A stretch of 64,000 bases of DNA from assembly GCA_965368585.1 (NCBI GenBank), contig CBDUNM010000011.1, positions 139 to 64,138 of the forward strand, given 5' to 3'. Positions within the stretch are counted from its first letter, which is position 1. The number at the start of each line of letters is the position of its first letter. This document shows, in pieces, positions 49,266-59,321 of this stretch. Made by a program: the position numbers and the translations under genes. The notes beneath the pieces are model-generated. The model worked only from the letters and a program-made list of their open reading frames with translations. It did not search any database and had not been told where the DNA came from. This stretch comes from an uncultured Chromatiales bacterium (lineage in GTDB: Bacteria; Pseudomonadota; Gammaproteobacteria; Chromatiales; Chromatiaceae).

Positions 49266-51818
49266 ATGCCCGCACCGCACCACAACTCCGACACCCCATG
49301 CTTCCATTGCGGCCTGCCGCTGGACCTGAACTTTACCCGAAAACTCAAGGTCCTTGGACAGGATCGGGATTTTTGCTGTCCGGGTTGCCACACCGTTTGC
49401 GACACCATTGTCAAAGCCGGGTTGGAAGACTACTACAGTCACCGGCGAGAAAAAGCCCGGACTGCCGACGTCGTACCCGAAATCGTGCAAAAACTCGGGT
49501 TTTACGACCATCCGGACGTGCAGAAATCCTTTGTACGCGGCTCGGGAACGATACGCGAGGCCTCGCTGCTCCTGGAAAATATCCGCTGCGCCGCCTGTCT
49601 GTGGTTGAATGAACAAGCGCTGCGCGGGCTTGAAGGCGTGCTGGACGTCGAACTGGACTACGCCAGCAATCACGCCAGGGTCCGGTGGGACCCGACGCTC
49701 ATTCACCTGAGCGAGATACTGGAAGCCGTTATCAATATCGGCTACGTTGCTCACCCTTACGACCCGACGCGACGTGAACAACTCAACCAACTGCAACGCA
49801 AGCGCAGTACCGAACGCCTGATCTTCGCCGGCGTTATCGGCATGATGGTCATGCAATTCGCCATTGCCGGTTATGTCATGGGTTATTCCGACGAGACCGG
49901 CGAGTTGGCCCTTTGGGTGCGTATCGGTCGCTGGACCAGCCTGTTCGCCACCACGCTGCTGCTCGTCTATCCCGGCCAGGAGTTTTTCACGGCTGCTTGG
50001 CGGGATCTGCGCAACCGCCGCCTCGGCATGGATGTGCCGATCGTGCTCGGTTTGAGCATCGCCTATCTGGGCAGCCTGCACACCACCTGGACCCAGTCCG
50101 GGGAGGTGTACTACGACTCCATTGCCATGTTTGTATTTCTGGTGCTTTTGGCTCGTCGCACCGAGTTGCGTGGCCGGGTCACCGCGACCGACGCACTCGA
50201 TCGCGTCGGAAAAATCGTCCCACGGGTCGCTACGCGGCTGCATGAAGCAGGCGAAGAGCAGGTGCACGTCACTGATCTGCAAGCGGGGGACACGGTGCGT
50301 GTGCGCCCCGGCGAAATCGTACCGACCGACGGGCGCATTGTGCTCGGCACTAGCAGTTTCGATGAGTCGCTATTGACCGGGGAATCGCTACCCGTCAGTC
50401 GAACGGCAGGCGATGAGGTCATCGGCGGTGCCTGCAACGTCGATCAGGCGATTAACATCGAGGTGACAAGCGAGGCCGGCGAGTCGACCGTCGCTGAGAT
50501 CCACCGCTTGCTTGCCGGCGGGTTACGCGACGCGCCCCGCTATGCGGAATTGGCTCAACAAGCGGCGGGCTGGTTCGTCGGAGCGGTGTTGTTGATTGCG
50601 CTGGTGACCGCGACGACCTGGCTCATAGTCGATCCCGCGCTGGCTCTCCCGCACACGGTTGCAGTGTTGATTGTTACCTGCCCCTGCGCCTTGGCGCTGG
50701 CCACGCCGGTCGCGGCCGCCATTAGTACCGGGCGGCTGGCCGACACCGGCGTAATCCAGACGCGGGGTGATGCCCTGGAAGCCCTTGCTCAGTGCGACGC
50801 TTTCGTCTTCGACAAGACGGGAACCCTGACCCGCGGAGAACTGGCGCTGGATCGCATCACCGGCGTGCAGGGGATGGATCACGAACAGGCCTTGGCGATC
50901 GCGCGCGTGCTGGAACAAGACTCAGAGCACCCGATCGGAAAAGCCATTGTAAACGCGCTGCCCGATAACACGCCTGCCTTCGCTGCCCAGGACTTTCACA
51001 ACACACCCGGACTAGGTGTTGAAGGCATGGTGGAAGGTGAGCGGTGGCGCCTGGGCAAACCGGAATTTGCCGCGCGTGGCGCTGCGCTCGACGTGCAGAT
51101 TGAGGAACTACGCCGCGCGGGGTTCATCGTGACTGCGCTGTCAAACGGACTTGATGCGCATGCGCTGTTCGCGTTCCGTGACCAGATGCGTTCCGGCGTA
51201 CCCGATTTGATGCGCCAGTTACGGTGCGACGGCGTCAGCCAGATCATCGTGCTCAGCGGCGATGCGCAACAGAGTGTCGACCGCTGTGCTGACGGTCTGG
51301 ATATCGATATCGCCAAGGGCGACTGTCGTCCAACCGGCAAACTGCGTTGGATACGCACTCTCCAACAACAAGGCGCACGGGTCGCCATGGTGGGCGACGG
51401 GATCAATGATGCCCCCACCCTGGCCGCGGCCGATGTTTCCGTTTCGTTTGCCCATGCCACCGAATTGGCGCAGATGCACAGCGGGATTCTGTTACTCGGA
51501 CAAGACATCAGCGTACTGAGCGAAATTCGTGCGCAAGCGCAACAAACCCGGCGCATCATCAGGCAAAACCTTGCCTGGGCCGCCACCTACAACTTGTTGG
51601 CGGTACCCGCCGCCGCGCTCGGTATGGTTCCTCCCTGGGGGGCCGCGATCGGTATGTCCGCAAGCTCGTTGCTAGTCGTGGTCAACGCGCTGCGATTGCG
51701 CGCGCGACGGGGCGCACAACCCCGGAACCTACGCCCTTCCTCTCATACCGACAAGGATGCGCAATCCCTCGATGCGTCCAACGAAGCAACGCCTTTCAGT
51801 TCCCTTGAAAGGATATAG
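49266..51818 (+). CDS. ccoI: Copper-translocating P1B-type ATPase, CcoI/FixI-like
   Basis: Start at the ATG at 49266. N-terminal CFHCGLP...CCPGCH metal-binding domain, HMA CAAC, TM CPC (VTCPCALALATP), DKTGTLT, GDGINDAP. Confidence 0.88.
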   Translation: MPAPHHNSDTPCFHCGLPLDLNFTRKLKVLGQDRDFCCPGCHTVCDTIVKAGLEDYYSHRREKARTADVVPEIVQKLGFYDHPDVQKSFVRGSGTIREASLLLENIRCAACLWLNEQALRGLEGVLDVELDYASNHARVRWDPTLIHLSEILEAVINIGYVAHPYDPTRREQLNQLQRKRSTERLIFAGVIGMMVMQFAIAGYVMGYSDETGELALWVRIGRWTSLFATTLLLVYPGQEFFTAAWRDLRNRRLGMDVPIVLGLSIAYLGSLHTTWTQSGEVYYDSIAMFVFLVLLARRTELRGRVTATDALDRVGKIVPRVATRLHEAGEEQVHVTDLQAGDTVRVRPGEIVPTDGRIVLGTSSFDESLLTGESLPVSRTAGDEVIGGACNVDQAINIEVTSEAGESTVAEIHRLLAGGLRDAPRYAELAQQAAGWFVGAVLLIALVTATTWLIVDPALALPHTVAVLIVTCPCALALATPVAAAISTGRLADTGVIQTRGDALEALAQCDAFVFDKTGTLTRGELALDRITGVQGMDHEQALAIARVLEQDSEHPIGKAIVNALPDNTPAFAAQDFHNTPGLGVEGMVEGERWRLGKPEFAARGAALDVQIEELRRAGFIVTALSNGLDAHALFAFRDQMRSGVPDLMRQLRCDGVSQIIVLSGDAQQSVDRCADGLDIDIAKGDCRPTGKLRWIRTLQQQGARVAMVGDGINDAPTLAAADVSVSFAHATELAQMHSGILLLGQDISVLSEIRAQAQQTRRIIRQNLAWAATYNLLAVPAAALGMVPPWGAAIGMSASSLLVVVNALRLRARRGAQPRNLRPSSHTDKDAQSLDASNEATPFSSLERI

Positions 51819-51916
51819 ATTCTACGAATTCTCCCGCTAAATCAACAAGCTGAGGCTTGACCGCACGGTTATTATTAAGTATATTAGAATTCATTAATAT
51901 TAAAGGAAGCAGACCG

Positions 51917-52126
51917 ATGATGTACCGAATCGTGTACAACGAGCAGACGCATTGTTACCGCGTGGAATCGCATGGCATCATCGGCTGGAACTTTGTCTCA
52001 GACCCGAAGACCGGCGATTACCTCGGCTTCGACGACATGAACGCCGCGCGAGACTGGATCAAACAACACTCGGAAACACGCGAAGACTCCAGCCGTCGCT
52101 GGAAAGTGGTTTCAGTCTGCTCTTGA
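51917..52126 (+). CDS. Small hypothetical protein (69 aa)
   Basis: ATG at 51917 behind AAAGGAAG, with an AT-rich upstream region. I recognise no family. Confidence 0.45.
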   Translation: MMYRIVYNEQTHCYRVESHGIIGWNFVSDPKTGDYLGFDDMNAARDWIKQHSETREDSSRRWKVVSVCS

Positions 52127-52172
52127 TTGGCCGACCACGCGTCAACCCCACCAGCGGTTGGCGCGACGGTCC

Positions 52173-52592
52173 TTAGTGACTTCGATTTCGCTCGCTCGGG
52201 GCCTCTGCAACCTTTTTCTCATACGGAAACCTGAAGTGACCGAACCGGTGCACCAGCACCGCGACGGCAAGCAGCAGGATGGTTGCACCAATCCCCATCA
52301 CACCTTGCCAGCTAAGATCTTTGGAATCGAGTATCAGATACCGCGCCAGCGCGACCATGGCGATGTAAAGCGGGTAGCGCACCGGCAGTTGGTGCTCTTC
52401 ATAGTAGATGCCGACCATCGCGATCACCTCGAGATAGATGAACAGCAACAGGAGGTCGCTCAACCGGACCACCCGGTTCTCCAACATCACCAGCAGTTCT
52501 TGCGCGATAGCAACCATGGTGGCCAACAGGATGATCACCAGCGCGACGTGTTCGATTGTGTGCAGTACCTTGCGGATAGCCGTTTTGTTCAT
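52173..52592 (-). CDS. psiE: Phosphate-starvation-inducible protein PsiE
   Basis: 139-aa four-TM ORF. Its length and pattern (LLLFIYLEVIAMV...PLYIAMVALARYLIL) are typical of PsiE. Confidence 0.8.
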   Translation of the reverse strand: MNKTAIRKVLHTIEHVALVIILLATMVAIAQELLVMLENRVVRLSDLLLLFIYLEVIAMVGIYYEEHQLPVRYPLYIAMVALARYLILDSKDLSWQGVMGIGATILLLAVAVLVHRFGHFRFPYEKKVAEAPSERNRSH

Positions 52593-53141
52593 GAAAACTC
52601 ACATGCGTTCGTGTGTAGCACAAGATAAATGCCCGGCGTGCGGTTTGTCTTGCTACCGATTGCAGCATCAATTCGGAGCCATTGCCGAAACGGCCGGGCG
52701 CAGGCTAGCTGAGTTCAGCGCGCGAGTCATCTTCTGGGTGCTGCCAGCAACCTCACACGTGCAGGTCGATGGCTCACCCCTACCGATACATCAAGACCAC
52801 GATCCGCAGTTATTTATGTGCCGATAAATTTGATTTTGGTGTATTAACTGCAGGGAAAATCGGTCCTCCGTCAAGGCCTTTAATACCCGTCGGGTATTGA
52901 GAAACGCCGGCAGCTATGTCAAGTTGCGTTGCGGAGATCGCTCTCCGCGCGTCAAGACAATAACCAAGAAGTTGCAAATCTTTAATTCACGAAGGCGAAT
53001 CATTCGGCATGGCCGAAAAGCATCGGTGTGCGTAGGCATAGCCGGCGATGCCGTTGGCGTGTCGTCGAAAAATATAATTTCGATAAAGTTGCAGGGGGTA
53101 GTCAATTGAGCGAACTGACCGAAGACGAACAACGGCGCATC

Positions 53142-53258
53142 ATGGAATCGCCGCCCAAGGGGACCTGGGCGCTGATTTTGCTTATCGGCCTGGGCATGCT
53201 GGCGGCATGGCTTTATTTCTTCTTCGGCGTGTTCATGTCGCACGGCCCGGTCAACTGA
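53142..53258 (+). CDS. cbaD: ba3-type cytochrome c oxidase subunit IIa
   Basis: MESPPKGTWALILLIGLGMLAAWLYFFFGVFMSHGPVN parallels Thermus subunit IIa (MEEKPKGALAVILVLTLTILVFWLGVYAVFFARG). A longer upstream start is possible. Confidence 0.75.
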   Translation: MESPPKGTWALILLIGLGMLAAWLYFFFGVFMSHGPVN

Positions 53259-53268
53259 GGGAGATCAG

Positions 53269-53772
53269 ATGCACATTGATCCGTTGGAAAAAAAGTGGAT
53301 GTACGTGGTGGGATTGATGACCGTCGTCATGATTGCCTCAATGGCTTACGCGGCCGTGGTCATGAACATGCACCCGCCCAGCAACGTGGAAACCATCGAC
53401 CCGAAGACATTGCACCTTTCCGGCGAGTTCGCCGAAGACAATCTCGGCGTCACCGAGAATGAAGACGGTTCACTCACGGTACGTCTGATCGCCGCGCGCT
53501 ATTCGTTCTATCCGCAAGAGCTGGCACTGCCGGCAGACACACCGATCACCTTCCGCCTCACCAGTCCCGATATCGTGCACGGCGTCCATATTCCGTTTAC
53601 CAATATGAGCTCCATGGTCATCCCGGGATATATCTCGGAGGTGAACACCACGTTCAACGCGAACCGGGTCGGCGAACACCAGCTGTTGTGCAACGAATAC
53701 TGCGGTCTGGGCCATGACTACATGTGGTCGCGCCTGACGATTGTCCCCAAGGGCGAGAGGACTGGAACATGA
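53269..53772 (+). CDS. cbaB: ba3-type cytochrome c oxidase subunit II (CuA)
   Basis: TSPDIVHGVHIPFTN...CNEYCGLGHDYM is colinear with Thermus ba3 subunit II. There is no fused cytochrome c domain. Confidence 0.9.
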   Translation: MHIDPLEKKWMYVVGLMTVVMIASMAYAAVVMNMHPPSNVETIDPKTLHLSGEFAEDNLGVTENEDGSLTVRLIAARYSFYPQELALPADTPITFRLTSPDIVHGVHIPFTNMSSMVIPGYISEVNTTFNANRVGEHQLLCNEYCGLGHDYMWSRLTIVPKGERTGT

Positions 53773-55397
53773 GCGAGACCTATAACAAAGCAAACGGCGT
53801 GAGCATGGCGAACATGTGGGTCGCCTTCCTCGCCTTCATGGTCGCAATCGTGCTTGGCCTCTACCAGGTCGCCAACCGCAGCGGCTTCTTCCCCGAGATC
53901 GAATCGCACGAGTTGTATTTCGCGTCGGTATCCACCCACGGCGTCCTGATGGGCTTCGTGCTGACGACGTTCTTCATTATGGGCTTTGGCTATCATACGG
54001 CCACCTCATCGCTCAAGCGCGCACTGTGGAAACCGGGGCTGGCGTGGCTGGGGTTTTTCACCGCCTTGGGCGGAACCGTGCTGGCGGCCATCCCGCTGCT
54101 GTCGGGCGATGCCTCGGTACTGTACACCTTTTACCCGCCGTTGAAGGCCGACCCGAAATTCTATATCGGCGCGACCTTGCTGGTCGTGGGCTCCTGGCTC
54201 TGGTGCCTGGAAATGATCATGTCCGTGGTCAACTGGAAACGCGACAATCCGGGCAGGGTGGTACCGCTGGCCATGTACGGTACGACTGCCAACGCCATCA
54301 TGTGGCTGTGGACCAGTGCCGGCGTCGCCTTGGAAATGATTTTCCAACTCATCCCCTGGTCGCTGGGCTGGAAGGATACGGTCGATCCCGGACTCGCCCG
54401 GACGCTGTTCTCCTGGACCCTGCACGCCATCGTGTACTTCTGGCTGTTTCCCGCCTATATCGCCATGTACACCCTGGTACCGAAAGCCGCCGGCGGACGC
54501 GTGTTCAGCGACGAGATGGGGCGCGTGGCCTTCATTATGCTGCTGGTGATGAGCGTGCCGATCGGCTTTCATCACCTTTACATGGACCCGCAACTTGCGG
54601 CTGGCTTCAAGTTTCTGCACATGATCGGCACCTTCGGCGTGGCCATTCCGACCCTTTTGACCGGCTTTACCGTGCTGGCGTCACTGGAGATCGCCGGTCG
54701 TCTGCGCGGCGGCAAGGGATTGTTTGGCTGGATCGCCGCGCTTGACTGGAAGGAGCCGCTGGTGGTGGCGGCCATGCTGTCGCTGTTCATGCTCATCACC
54801 GGCGGTTTCGGCGGCATGATCAACGCCAGCTACCAGATGAACACGCTGGTGCACAACACCCAGTGGGTGACCGGTCATTTTCATCTGATCTTTGCCGGCA
54901 CCTCCGTCATCATGTACCTCGCCGTCGCCTACCATTTGTGGCCGAGAATCCTGGGCCGCAAGCTGCATTCGCGCGGTCTGGCCGTTCTGCAGTTATGGCT
55001 ATGGACGATCGGCATGCTGGTGCTGACCATGCCCTGGCACGTGCTCGGTCTGCTGGGACAACCACGCCGCATCTCCTCCGCGCCCTACGACTCGCCGCTG
55101 GTAGAGCAATGGGACCCGCATGAGGCCGCCATGATCGTCGGCGGCGTCATTCTCACCGTCTCGGCCATCCTGTTCGTGTACAACCTGCTGATCACCCACG
55201 TCAGCGCGAAGCGGCCGCAAGACGACGGCGACGAGTTCGCGACCGCCATCTACCCGCCGGTGACGGTTCCGAAGGCGATGAACGGCTTTGCACTGTGGAA
55301 TGCCATAGTGGCGGTTTGGATGGTGGTGGCGTACGGTATTCCGATTACCCAGTTTTTTATACTCGACGTACCCGGCTCGATGCCCTGGGGGTACTGA
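53769..55397 (+). CDS. cbaA: ba3-type (B-family) cytochrome c oxidase subunit I
   Basis: Start at the ATG at 53769, overlapping the cbaB stop. A polytopic protein of about 540 aa with His ligand contexts (STHGVLM, WTLHAIVYFW, GFHHLY, TGHFHLIF). Confidence 0.9.
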   Translation: MSETYNKANGVSMANMWVAFLAFMVAIVLGLYQVANRSGFFPEIESHELYFASVSTHGVLMGFVLTTFFIMGFGYHTATSSLKRALWKPGLAWLGFFTALGGTVLAAIPLLSGDASVLYTFYPPLKADPKFYIGATLLVVGSWLWCLEMIMSVVNWKRDNPGRVVPLAMYGTTANAIMWLWTSAGVALEMIFQLIPWSLGWKDTVDPGLARTLFSWTLHAIVYFWLFPAYIAMYTLVPKAAGGRVFSDEMGRVAFIMLLVMSVPIGFHHLYMDPQLAAGFKFLHMIGTFGVAIPTLLTGFTVLASLEIAGRLRGGKGLFGWIAALDWKEPLVVAAMLSLFMLITGGFGGMINASYQMNTLVHNTQWVTGHFHLIFAGTSVIMYLAVAYHLWPRILGRKLHSRGLAVLQLWLWTIGMLVLTMPWHVLGLLGQPRRISSAPYDSPLVEQWDPHEAAMIVGGVILTVSAILFVYNLLITHVSAKRPQDDGDEFATAIYPPVTVPKAMNGFALWNAIVAVWMVVAYGIPITQFFILDVPGSMPWGY

Positions 55398-56146
55398 TGA
55401 GAACGAAACTATTCTGTCTGGTCGCGCTCGCACTGGCCTCATTCGGCACGGTGCAGGCCGAACCTTCAACCAACATCGCCTGGACGCCCGACTTGAAGCG
55501 CCTGGTGAAGGGCGGCGATCCCGCCAAAGGGGCCGAGATCGAAAAAGTCGAGACCGAAGACGTCAACGCCTGTACCGACTGTCACGGCGCAGGAGGGGGC
55601 GAGCCCGATCGCGACAAGCACCCCATGCTGGCCAGCCAGGTCGCCGCTTACACGTACAAACAGTTGCGCGACTACAAAGACGGTAAGCGTGAAAATCGCC
55701 GCATGGAAGAGGCGGTGGAACGCCTGAGCGACGCAGAACTGGCGGCGCTGGCAATGTGGTACGAACAGCAACCGGTGCCGACGCCCGAGGTCGACGCGGA
55801 CGAAACCGTCAGCGAGGAGACGATTCGTCTGGTGTTTCGCGGTGACAAGCAGCGCTTGGTACAACCTTGCGCTGCCTGCCACGGTACCCGCGGCGAAGGG
55901 GCGGACATCGACGTACCCGCCCTCGCCGGACAGAACGTCAAGTACTTCGTGGAGACCATGAAAGACTACGCCAAAGGCAAGCGCGGCAACGATATCTATG
56001 GCCGCATGCGCATCATCGCAAAGGCCCTGACCCGCGACGAGATCAATGAACTGGCGGTCTTCTATGCACGCGAGAGCTCAACGCGCGTCAGGCCGATCTT
56101 CAAAAACCTGAGAATGGGCCCCGTCATCCGGAGCGAAGACGGATAA
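55397..56146 (+). CDS. Dihaem c-type cytochrome (c4-like), periplasmic
   Basis: ATGA overlap with cbaA. Signal peptide, two CxxCH motifs (CTDCHG, CAACHG), PMLASQ/PALAGQ and YKDGKR/YAKGKR repeats. Confidence 0.88.
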   Translation: MRTKLFCLVALALASFGTVQAEPSTNIAWTPDLKRLVKGGDPAKGAEIEKVETEDVNACTDCHGAGGGEPDRDKHPMLASQVAAYTYKQLRDYKDGKRENRRMEEAVERLSDAELAALAMWYEQQPVPTPEVDADETVSEETIRLVFRGDKQRLVQPCAACHGTRGEGADIDVPALAGQNVKYFVETMKDYAKGKRGNDIYGRMRIIAKALTRDEINELAVFYARESSTRVRPIFKNLRMGPVIRSEDG

Positions 56147-56412
56147 TCAAGTCGCCGCGCCGTTGCAGATGGACATTTGCAACGGCGCGCCGGGCTGATA
56201 ATCTGGACAGCCCGGCGAAAAAAACTTACGGGTGCCTCAATTTGTACGGATTCTTGTCCGAGATCAAGGCGGACTTTGCTCGCGACCTACAGGGTACGGC
56301 CCTGGCACTCAGGGTTGTGAAAAGCATCCGCGCGCGGATATATCGGAAAACAAGACCGGTTCACCGGCACCCCTGACAATCAATGTTTCTTCAAAGTGAG
56401 AAAGGAGGATAT

Positions 56413-56994
56413 ATGGGCTGCAAGAAAGTACTGCTCATCCCGTTGTTCGGCTCGATGCTGGCGGCCGGCGCCGCTCAGGTTCAAGCCGACCCGTCAGCCA
56501 TCATGATGGCCAACACCTGTGCCGGTTGCCACGGCACTGAGGGTCAAAGTGTAGGCCCAGCCTCGCCCAACCTGGCAGGCATGTCGGAATCGTACTTCAT
56601 CGATTCGATGCAGGCGTTTAAGGAAGGCACGCGCCCCGCAACCATCATGGACCGAATCGCCAAGGGTTACACGGAGGCGCAGATCGAGGCCATGGGCGGC
56701 TATTTCGCCGGACTGCCCGTTTACAAGGCTCCGCAGACGGTCGACGCCGGCAAGGTAAAAATGGGTGCCGAGATCTACGACAAAGGCTGCGCCAAATGTC
56801 ACGATGAGGGTGGCAGTCTGCCGGACGACGACTCGGGCATTCTCGCGGGCCAATGGCTGCCGTACCTGAAATATTCGATGGCCGACTTCACCGAAGGGCA
56901 TCGTGAAATGCCCAAGAAAATGAAAAAACAAGTGGAAAAGCTCAGTGCTGATGAAATCGAAGCATCGCTCCACTACTTCGCCGGCCAGCAGTAA
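56413..56994 (+). CDS. fccA: Flavocytochrome c sulfide dehydrogenase, dihaem cytochrome subunit
   Basis: ATG at 56413 behind AAAGGAGG. CAGCHGTEGQSVGPASPNLAG...IMDRIAKGY...CAKCHDEGG...ILAGQWLPYLKYSMADF is colinear with Allochromatium FccA as I recall it. Confidence 0.88.
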   Translation: MGCKKVLLIPLFGSMLAAGAAQVQADPSAIMMANTCAGCHGTEGQSVGPASPNLAGMSESYFIDSMQAFKEGTRPATIMDRIAKGYTEAQIEAMGGYFAGLPVYKAPQTVDAGKVKMGAEIYDKGCAKCHDEGGSLPDDDSGILAGQWLPYLKYSMADFTEGHREMPKKMKKQVEKLSADEIEASLHYFAGQQ

Positions 56995-57006
56995 CCACGG
57001 GAGAGG

Positions 57007-58296
57007 ATGAAGACAATGGCAGAATTTTCTCGCAGAGACTTTTTGAAAATCACCGGCGGCGCGGCGGCACTCGGTGCCGTCGGCTTTCCCGCCATCCTCA
57101 AGGCGGCGGGCGGCAAGAAGGTGGTCGTCGTCGGCGGCGGTGTGGGCGGTGCGACCACCGCCAAATACATCAAGATGGCCGATGCGTCGATCGACGTGAC
57201 GTTGGTCGAGCCGAACCAGGAGTACTACACCTGCTTTCTGAGCAACGAGGTCCTGGGCGGCAATCGTAAGATGGAAACCATCAAGGTCACCTACGACGGG
57301 CTGAAGGGGCATGGCATCAACGTCGTGCACGACATGGTCACGGGAATTGACGGCGGGGCGAAAAAGGTCATGACCGCCGGCGGCAAGACCCTCGAGTACG
57401 ACCGTTGCGTGGTGGCCCCGGGTATCTCGTTCAAGGGCAATATCGAAGGTTATGACGAGGCGGCTATGAAGGCCATGCCGCACGCCTGGAAAGCCGGCGA
57501 ACAAACCATGCTGCTGCGCCAGCAGCTCGAGGCCATGGACGACGGCGGTGTGGTGCTGATTGCGGCCCCACCCAACCCCTTCCGTTGCCCGCCCGGTCCG
57601 TACGAGCGCGCCTGTCAGATCGCCATGTACCTGAAGGCGCACAAACCCAAGTCCAAGCTGATAATTCTGGACGCCAAGGACAAGTTCTCGAAGATGAAGC
57701 TGTTCACGCAGGCGTTCGAGCGTCATCACTCCGGGATCATCGAGTGGGTGGCCGGCAAGGACATCGGTGGCGGCGTGAATCGTGTCGATGCCGGCACGAT
57801 GACCGCGTACACCGCTGACGGCACGGCCCACAAGGTGGCTGTCGCCAACATCATCCCTGCGCAAAAGGCCGGCATGATCGCCGAGACGGCCGGCTTGACC
57901 AACGACGGGGGCTGGTGTCCGATTGACGGGCGCACCTTCGAATCCACCCAGGTCAAGAATATTCACGTCGTCGGCGACGCCTCGGTTGCCTCACCCTTGC
58001 CGAAGTCGGCCTACGCGGCCAATTCCGAGGCCAAGGTGTGCGCCGCGGCGATCGTGGACCTGGTCAACGGCCGCGAGCCCGGCGATCCTTCGCTGGTCAA
58101 CACCTGCTACTCGGTGGTCGGCCCGGACGATGCCATCTCGGTCGCCATGGTCTACAAACTTCAGGACGGGAAGCTGGACAAGGTGGATGGCTCCGGCGGC
58201 CTGACCTCCATCGACAGCGCACCCGACATGCGGGCGCGTGAGGTGCAGTATGCCTACAGCTGGTTCGAGAACATCAAGAAAGACAGCTGGGGCTGA
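57007..58296 (+). CDS. fccB: Flavocytochrome c sulfide dehydrogenase, flavoprotein subunit (Tat signal)
   Basis: SRRDFLK twin-arginine signal, VVVVGGGVGGAT FAD fold, and a position directly after fccA. Confidence 0.9.
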   Translation: MKTMAEFSRRDFLKITGGAAALGAVGFPAILKAAGGKKVVVVGGGVGGATTAKYIKMADASIDVTLVEPNQEYYTCFLSNEVLGGNRKMETIKVTYDGLKGHGINVVHDMVTGIDGGAKKVMTAGGKTLEYDRCVVAPGISFKGNIEGYDEAAMKAMPHAWKAGEQTMLLRQQLEAMDDGGVVLIAAPPNPFRCPPGPYERACQIAMYLKAHKPKSKLIILDAKDKFSKMKLFTQAFERHHSGIIEWVAGKDIGGGVNRVDAGTMTAYTADGTAHKVAVANIIPAQKAGMIAETAGLTNDGGWCPIDGRTFESTQVKNIHVVGDASVASPLPKSAYAANSEAKVCAAAIVDLVNGREPGDPSLVNTCYSVVGPDDAISVAMVYKLQDGKLDKVDGSGGLTSIDSAPDMRAREVQYAYSWFENIKKDSWG

Positions 58297-58328
58297 TCGG
58301 GTAACACTTCGACCTTACTGAATTGCAC

Positions 58329-58350
58329 AGGGCCCTTCGGGGCCCTTTGT
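58329..58350 (+). terminator. Rho-independent terminator after fccB (between convergent fccB and trpC)
   Basis: AGGGCCC-TTCG-GGGCCCT followed by TTGTCGTATT. Confidence 0.6.
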
Positions 58351-58369
58351 CGTATTCGCCCGGAATCCG

Positions 58370-59218
58370 TTATTCCGGTACGGACGCCTGGCCGAACAAC
58401 TCGGCCAGGCGCCGGCCCGGGTCGGCGGCGCGCATGAACGCCTCACCGACCAGAAAGGCATGCACACCATGCTCGCGCATCAACTGCACGTCGGCAGGCG
58501 CGAGAATACCGCTCTCGGTAACGACCAGCCGGTCGTCGGGAATCCGCTCGCACAGATCCAGCGTGGTCTGCAGGCTCACTTCGAAGGTCCTGAGGTTGCG
58601 ATTGTTGATCCCCACCAGGCGATTGGGAACGCGCAGCGCGCGCTCGAGTTCCTGCGCGTCGTGCACCTCGATCAGTACGTCCATACCCAGTCGCCGGGCG
58701 AGGTCACTGAGTTCGCGCATCCGTGCGTCGTCGAGGCAGGCCGCGATCAGCAATATGCAATCGGCACCGATCAGGCGCGCCTCGTAAACCTGGTAAGCGT
58801 CGACGATGAAGTCCTTGCGGATGACCGGGAGGTCGCAGGCGGCCCTGGCGGCCGTCAGATAACTGTCCGCACCTTGAAAAAAATCGATATCGGTCAATAC
58901 CGAAAGACAAGCGGCGCCGTGCGCGGCGTAGCTGCGCGCGATCTCGGCTGGCTCGAACTTCTCGCGCAACACGCCTTTGGATGGCGAGGCCTTCTTGATT
59001 TCGGCAATCACGCCCGCTTGTCCGGCGGCTATCCGCGCGTCGAGCGCGCTTACAAACCCACGACACGCGGACAAGCCGTTCAAAGCCTCCATCAACTCGG
59101 ACAATGTGCGGCGCTCGGCGCGCTCCTGGATCTCTTCGAGTTTGCGCGCAACGATGCGTTTCAATATGTCGGGCGTATTGCTCACGGAACCCTCTGGGTG
59201 GAAATAGGCATCTGCCAC
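58370..59218 (-). CDS. trpC: Indole-3-glycerol phosphate synthase
   Basis: [32 protein letters not shown]. The start may be the GTG at 59185. Confidence 0.92.
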   Translation of the reverse strand: MADAYFHPEGSVSNTPDILKRIVARKLEEIQERAERRTLSELMEALNGLSACRGFVSALDARIAAGQAGVIAEIKKASPSKGVLREKFEPAEIARSYAAHGAACLSVLTDIDFFQGADSYLTAARAACDLPVIRKDFIVDAYQVYEARLIGADCILLIAACLDDARMRELSDLARRLGMDVLIEVHDAQELERALRVPNRLVGINNRNLRTFEVSLQTTLDLCERIPDDRLVVTESGILAPADVQLMREHGVHAFLVGEAFMRAADPGRRLAELFGQASVPE

Positions 59219-59321
59219 GACAACATTCTACTGAATTGACGCATCGATAGTGCGTTCGGCCAATTGGAGGCCGGGGGACAAACGCATAGAATGGCGGCAA
59301 CGCAGTTCGGAGGCATCCATT

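Noticed and set aside
56157-56215. Two hairpins after the dihaem cytochrome gene (GCGCCGTTGCA-N10-TGCAACGGCGC and CCGGGCTG-N10-CAGCCCGG).
   Set aside because: Neither is followed by a U-tract on the plus strand, so I did not call a terminator. They may still reduce read-through into fccAB.
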